64,000 nt of DNA. Source: Isurus oxyrinchus (taxonomy: Eukaryota). The position numbers and the translations under genes were made by a program. Under the pieces are notes generated by a model that did not search any database, was not told where the DNA came from, and worked only from the letters and a program-made list of their open reading frames with translations. Positions 61,098 through 64,000 of the stretch are shown in pieces. The stretch spans positions 12,524,001-12,588,000 of the forward strand of contig JANJGN010000017.1 in NCBI GenBank assembly GCA_026770705.1. The letters are read 5' to 3'. Position 1 is the stretch's first letter. Each line of letters opens with the position of its first letter.

Positions 61098-62189
61098 AAC
61101 AAAATAAGAATTTGAAATCTTTATTTATCCACTACTCCTTGCATGTCTAGTAGCTGTTTTAATGACTCTATCGCATTATTTGAAGTAGGGGAGGGAGTTT
61201 TCCCAGAGGCCTGGCCCCATTCCTCTCAATCCCACCAGCTAAATACAGGTTATGACCTTACTGTGATATGGTGGGCCCTTGCATTGTGTGCAAAGTCCAC
61301 TTCAAGTAATTCATTGTGTGTGAAGTGCTTAAAGATGTGCTGAGATGTTGTATAACTGCAAGGGCAGAATTTCACATTCCCCTCATGGTGGGTTTGCAGG
61401 CGTGGGTGGGGGGAGACTTAAAATTCTTCAGCTGGCCTTCCCACCGAACTCCTACCCACCCCAACATCTCCACAGTTTTACGGTGGGACAGGCGAGGCCA
61501 AGGTCTACCTGCCCTTGACTCGACTGAGGCCCTTAAATGGCCAATAATGATCACCTAAGGACCATTTCCCGCCAAGCCTCAATTTTCAGGCTGGCAGGAG
61601 GAGTTCAGGCGCAGTGGGGGGAGCTTGAAAAGTGACCCTGCTCAGTGCTGGGGCGCAGAGGGCTGGGGGCGCTTCCATCAATGGCCCACTTTCAACATTG
61701 TGCGGCACCCAAACGCAGTCTGGCTCATGCAGGTGCTCCTCCCTCTTGGCCTCTCCATCAACACCCCCAAACCACCTGCCCACTCCTACTCTGCCCCCCA
61801 TGGGGAATCACTTCCCCTCCCCACCCTGAGACCCCACACTTACCTGGTCCTGCACACCCAGGACTCACGACTCTGGGGAGCGCCTATAGTCCCAGTCCTA
61901 TCCACTGCATCTCTGAGGTGGGACTTCCATCCAACTGAGAGGCAGAAGTTCCATCTCCAGTCAATTAACATTCCTTGGAGCATTAGAAGGCTGTGGGGCA
62001 GCCAGTACCAGCAGTGTTGCATTCTCCATCTACTCTCCTCGCCCAGGTCTTTCTCTTCAGCAAAGACCCTTGTAGGTTTGTCAATTTTGGTTGGATATAT
62101 TCCTGGTGATGTCAGTCCTACTCCCTTCAACAGCCCTGCCCAATCAAGCAACTTTTTCCTTTTAGCTGCAATATTTCTGTAAGCAGGGA

Positions 62190-62620
62190 ATGGTGTCAGA
62201 GTGGTTATGCTACTGAACTAGTAATCCAGAGTCCTGGACTAACGACAAGGAGACATGACTTCAAATCCCACCAAGACAGCTGGGGAATTTAAATCCTTTT
62301 AATTAAATAAGTCTGAATAAAAATTAGTAATAGTGACCATGAAACTATCGTTGATTGATGTAAAAACCCATTTGGTTCACTAGTGTCCTTTAGGGAAGGA
62401 AATCTGCCTTTCTTGCTTGGTTCGGCTTAAATGTGTCTTCAGACTCACATATTGTGGTTCACAGTTAAGTGCTCTCTGAAATGATATATGAATATATGAA
62501 CTAGGAGCAGGAGTAGGCCACTCAGCTAAAAAATGACATAGCAAGCCGCTCAAGTTGTATGTGGGTGGGCAGTTAATGCTGGCCTTGGCAATGGTACAAA
62601 CATTCTGTGAATGAACAAAA
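62190..62620 (+). mobile_element. tRNA-derived SINE (family of 59890-60250)
   Basis: gtggttatgctactgaactagtaatccagag...ttcaaatcccacc...gtgaccatgaaac...tttagggaaggaaatctgcc, with a LINE-like tail. Confidence 0.65.
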
Positions 62621-62805
62621 TGAAATTATGCAAAGAATAGAACATTTTTTGTTGTCCCTATGATTGTTCTCCTGGAGTTGCTAGTAGCAATATCCTGGAG
62701 ATTAATATTTAATCACTGGAGACTCCAGGTCAATCCTGGAGGATTGGCAGCCCCAGTTTCTGATGATAAGATGGGCAGCATGCATCTCTAGAGAGAACAT
62801 GATGA

Positions 62806-64000
62806 TCTAACCTCAGTGGTGGGGAAACTATTGGAAGCAATTCTGAGGGACAGAATTAATCTACACTTGGAGAGGCAGGGATTAATCAAGGGCAGTTAGC
62901 ATGGTTTTGTTAAGGGGAGGTCATGTCTGACCAATTTGATTGAATTTTTCGAAGAGGTGACCAGGTGTGTAGATGAGGGCAATGCATTTGATGTAGTCTC
63001 CTTGGACTTCAGCAATGCTTTTGATAAGGTCCCGCATGGGAGACTGATTATGAAGGTAAGAGCCCATGGGATCCAAGGCAGTTTGGCAAATTGGATCCAG
63101 AATTGGCTGAGTGTCAGGAAGCAGAGGGTGATGGTCGAGGGGTGTTTTTGTGACTGGATGCCTGTGTCCAGTGGGGTTCCACAGGGACTGGTGTTGGGTC
63201 CCTTGCTGTTTGTGGTATATATAAACGATTTAGACTTGAATGTAGGAGGGTTGATCAGTAAGTTCGCGGATGACATGAAAATTGGTGGGGTGGTAAATAG
63301 TGAGGAGGATAGCCTTAGATTACAGGAGGATATAGATGGGCTGGTCAGACGGGCTGATCAGTGGCAAATGGAATTTAATCTGGATAAGTGTGAGGTGATG
63401 CACTTGGGCAGGACAAACAAGGCACGGGAATACACAATGAATGGTAGGACCCTGGGAAGTACCAAGGATCAGAGGGACCTTGGTGTGCATGTCCACCGGT
63501 CCATTAAGGTAGTGGGACAGGTAGATAAGGTGGTTAAGAAGGCATATGGGATACTTGCCTTTATTAGCCGAGGCATAGAATATAAGAGCACGGAGGTTAT
63601 GCTGGAACTGTATAAAATTCTGGTTAGGCCACAGCTAGAGTATTGCGTGCAGTTCTGGAATCCGCATTATAGGAAGGATGTGGTTGCACTAGAGAGAGTG
63701 CAGAAGAGATTTACCAGGACATTGCCTGGGCTGGAGAGTTTCAGTTATGAGGAGATCAACTAGGGTTATTTTCCCTGGAGCACAGGACATTGAGGGGTAC
63801 ATGCTTGAGGTGCATAAAATTATGAGGGGCATAGATAGGGTAGACAGGAAGGAAATTTTCCCCTTGGTGGAGGGATCAATAACCAGGGGGCATAGTTTTA
63901 AGGTAAGGGGCAGGAGGTTTAGAGGGGATGTGAGGAAGAATCTTTTCATCCAGAGGGTGGCGGGAATCTGGAACTCACTGCCTGAAAGGGTAGTAGAGGC
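62806..64000 (+). mobile_element. Relatively young 5'-truncated CR1 LINE; open RT frame 62936-63763
   Basis: LDFSNAFDKVPH...GVPQGLVLGPLLFVVYINDL...KFADD...WQMEFNLDKCEVMHLG...RPQLEYCVQFW, continuing past the window end. Confidence 0.93.

Noticed and set aside
61361-62182. Cluster of GC-rich ORFs (up to 185 aa)
   Set aside because: No protein motifs or convincing splice structure. It looks like a GC-rich interspersed repeat whose ends I could not define.
62936-63763. Intact host gene or active reverse transcriptase
   Set aside because: A 5'-truncated CR1 lacking the endonuclease, with a deletion/frameshift near 63755.

Overview
This is eukaryotic DNA, not prokaryotic. It is a repeat-rich vertebrate locus, and the repeat families (CR1 LINEs, Deu-domain SINEs, Neptune-type Penelope-like elements) suggest a cartilaginous fish. 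It carries the 5' three coding exons of mitoferrin-2 (SLC25A28) on the minus strand: exon 1 CDS 42257-41775, exon 2 6784-6556 and exon 3 834-778. Intron 1 is about 35 kb, the last exon lies left of the window, and the promoter is a CpG island at about 41.8-43.0 kb. Almost all other ORFs in the track are decayed retroelement fragments. The most notable signal is a set of minimal, dimer-type hammerhead-ribozyme (HHR) motifs carried by Penelope-like element ends. These occur as a 4-unit tandem array just upstream of the promoter, a 294-bp fold-back mini-element with an HHR motif on each strand and a 14-bp target-site duplication, older fold-back relatives, and a second HHR family in inverted arms. 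All copies deviate from the canonical core, so activity is unproven. Other findings are two local inverted/complex duplications in intron 1, a candidate stop-containing exon in intron 2, a long Gly/Ser N-terminus with two possible start codons, and a CpG-decay gradient across the tandem array. All coordinates and alignments were done by eye, and repeat boundaries are approximate.
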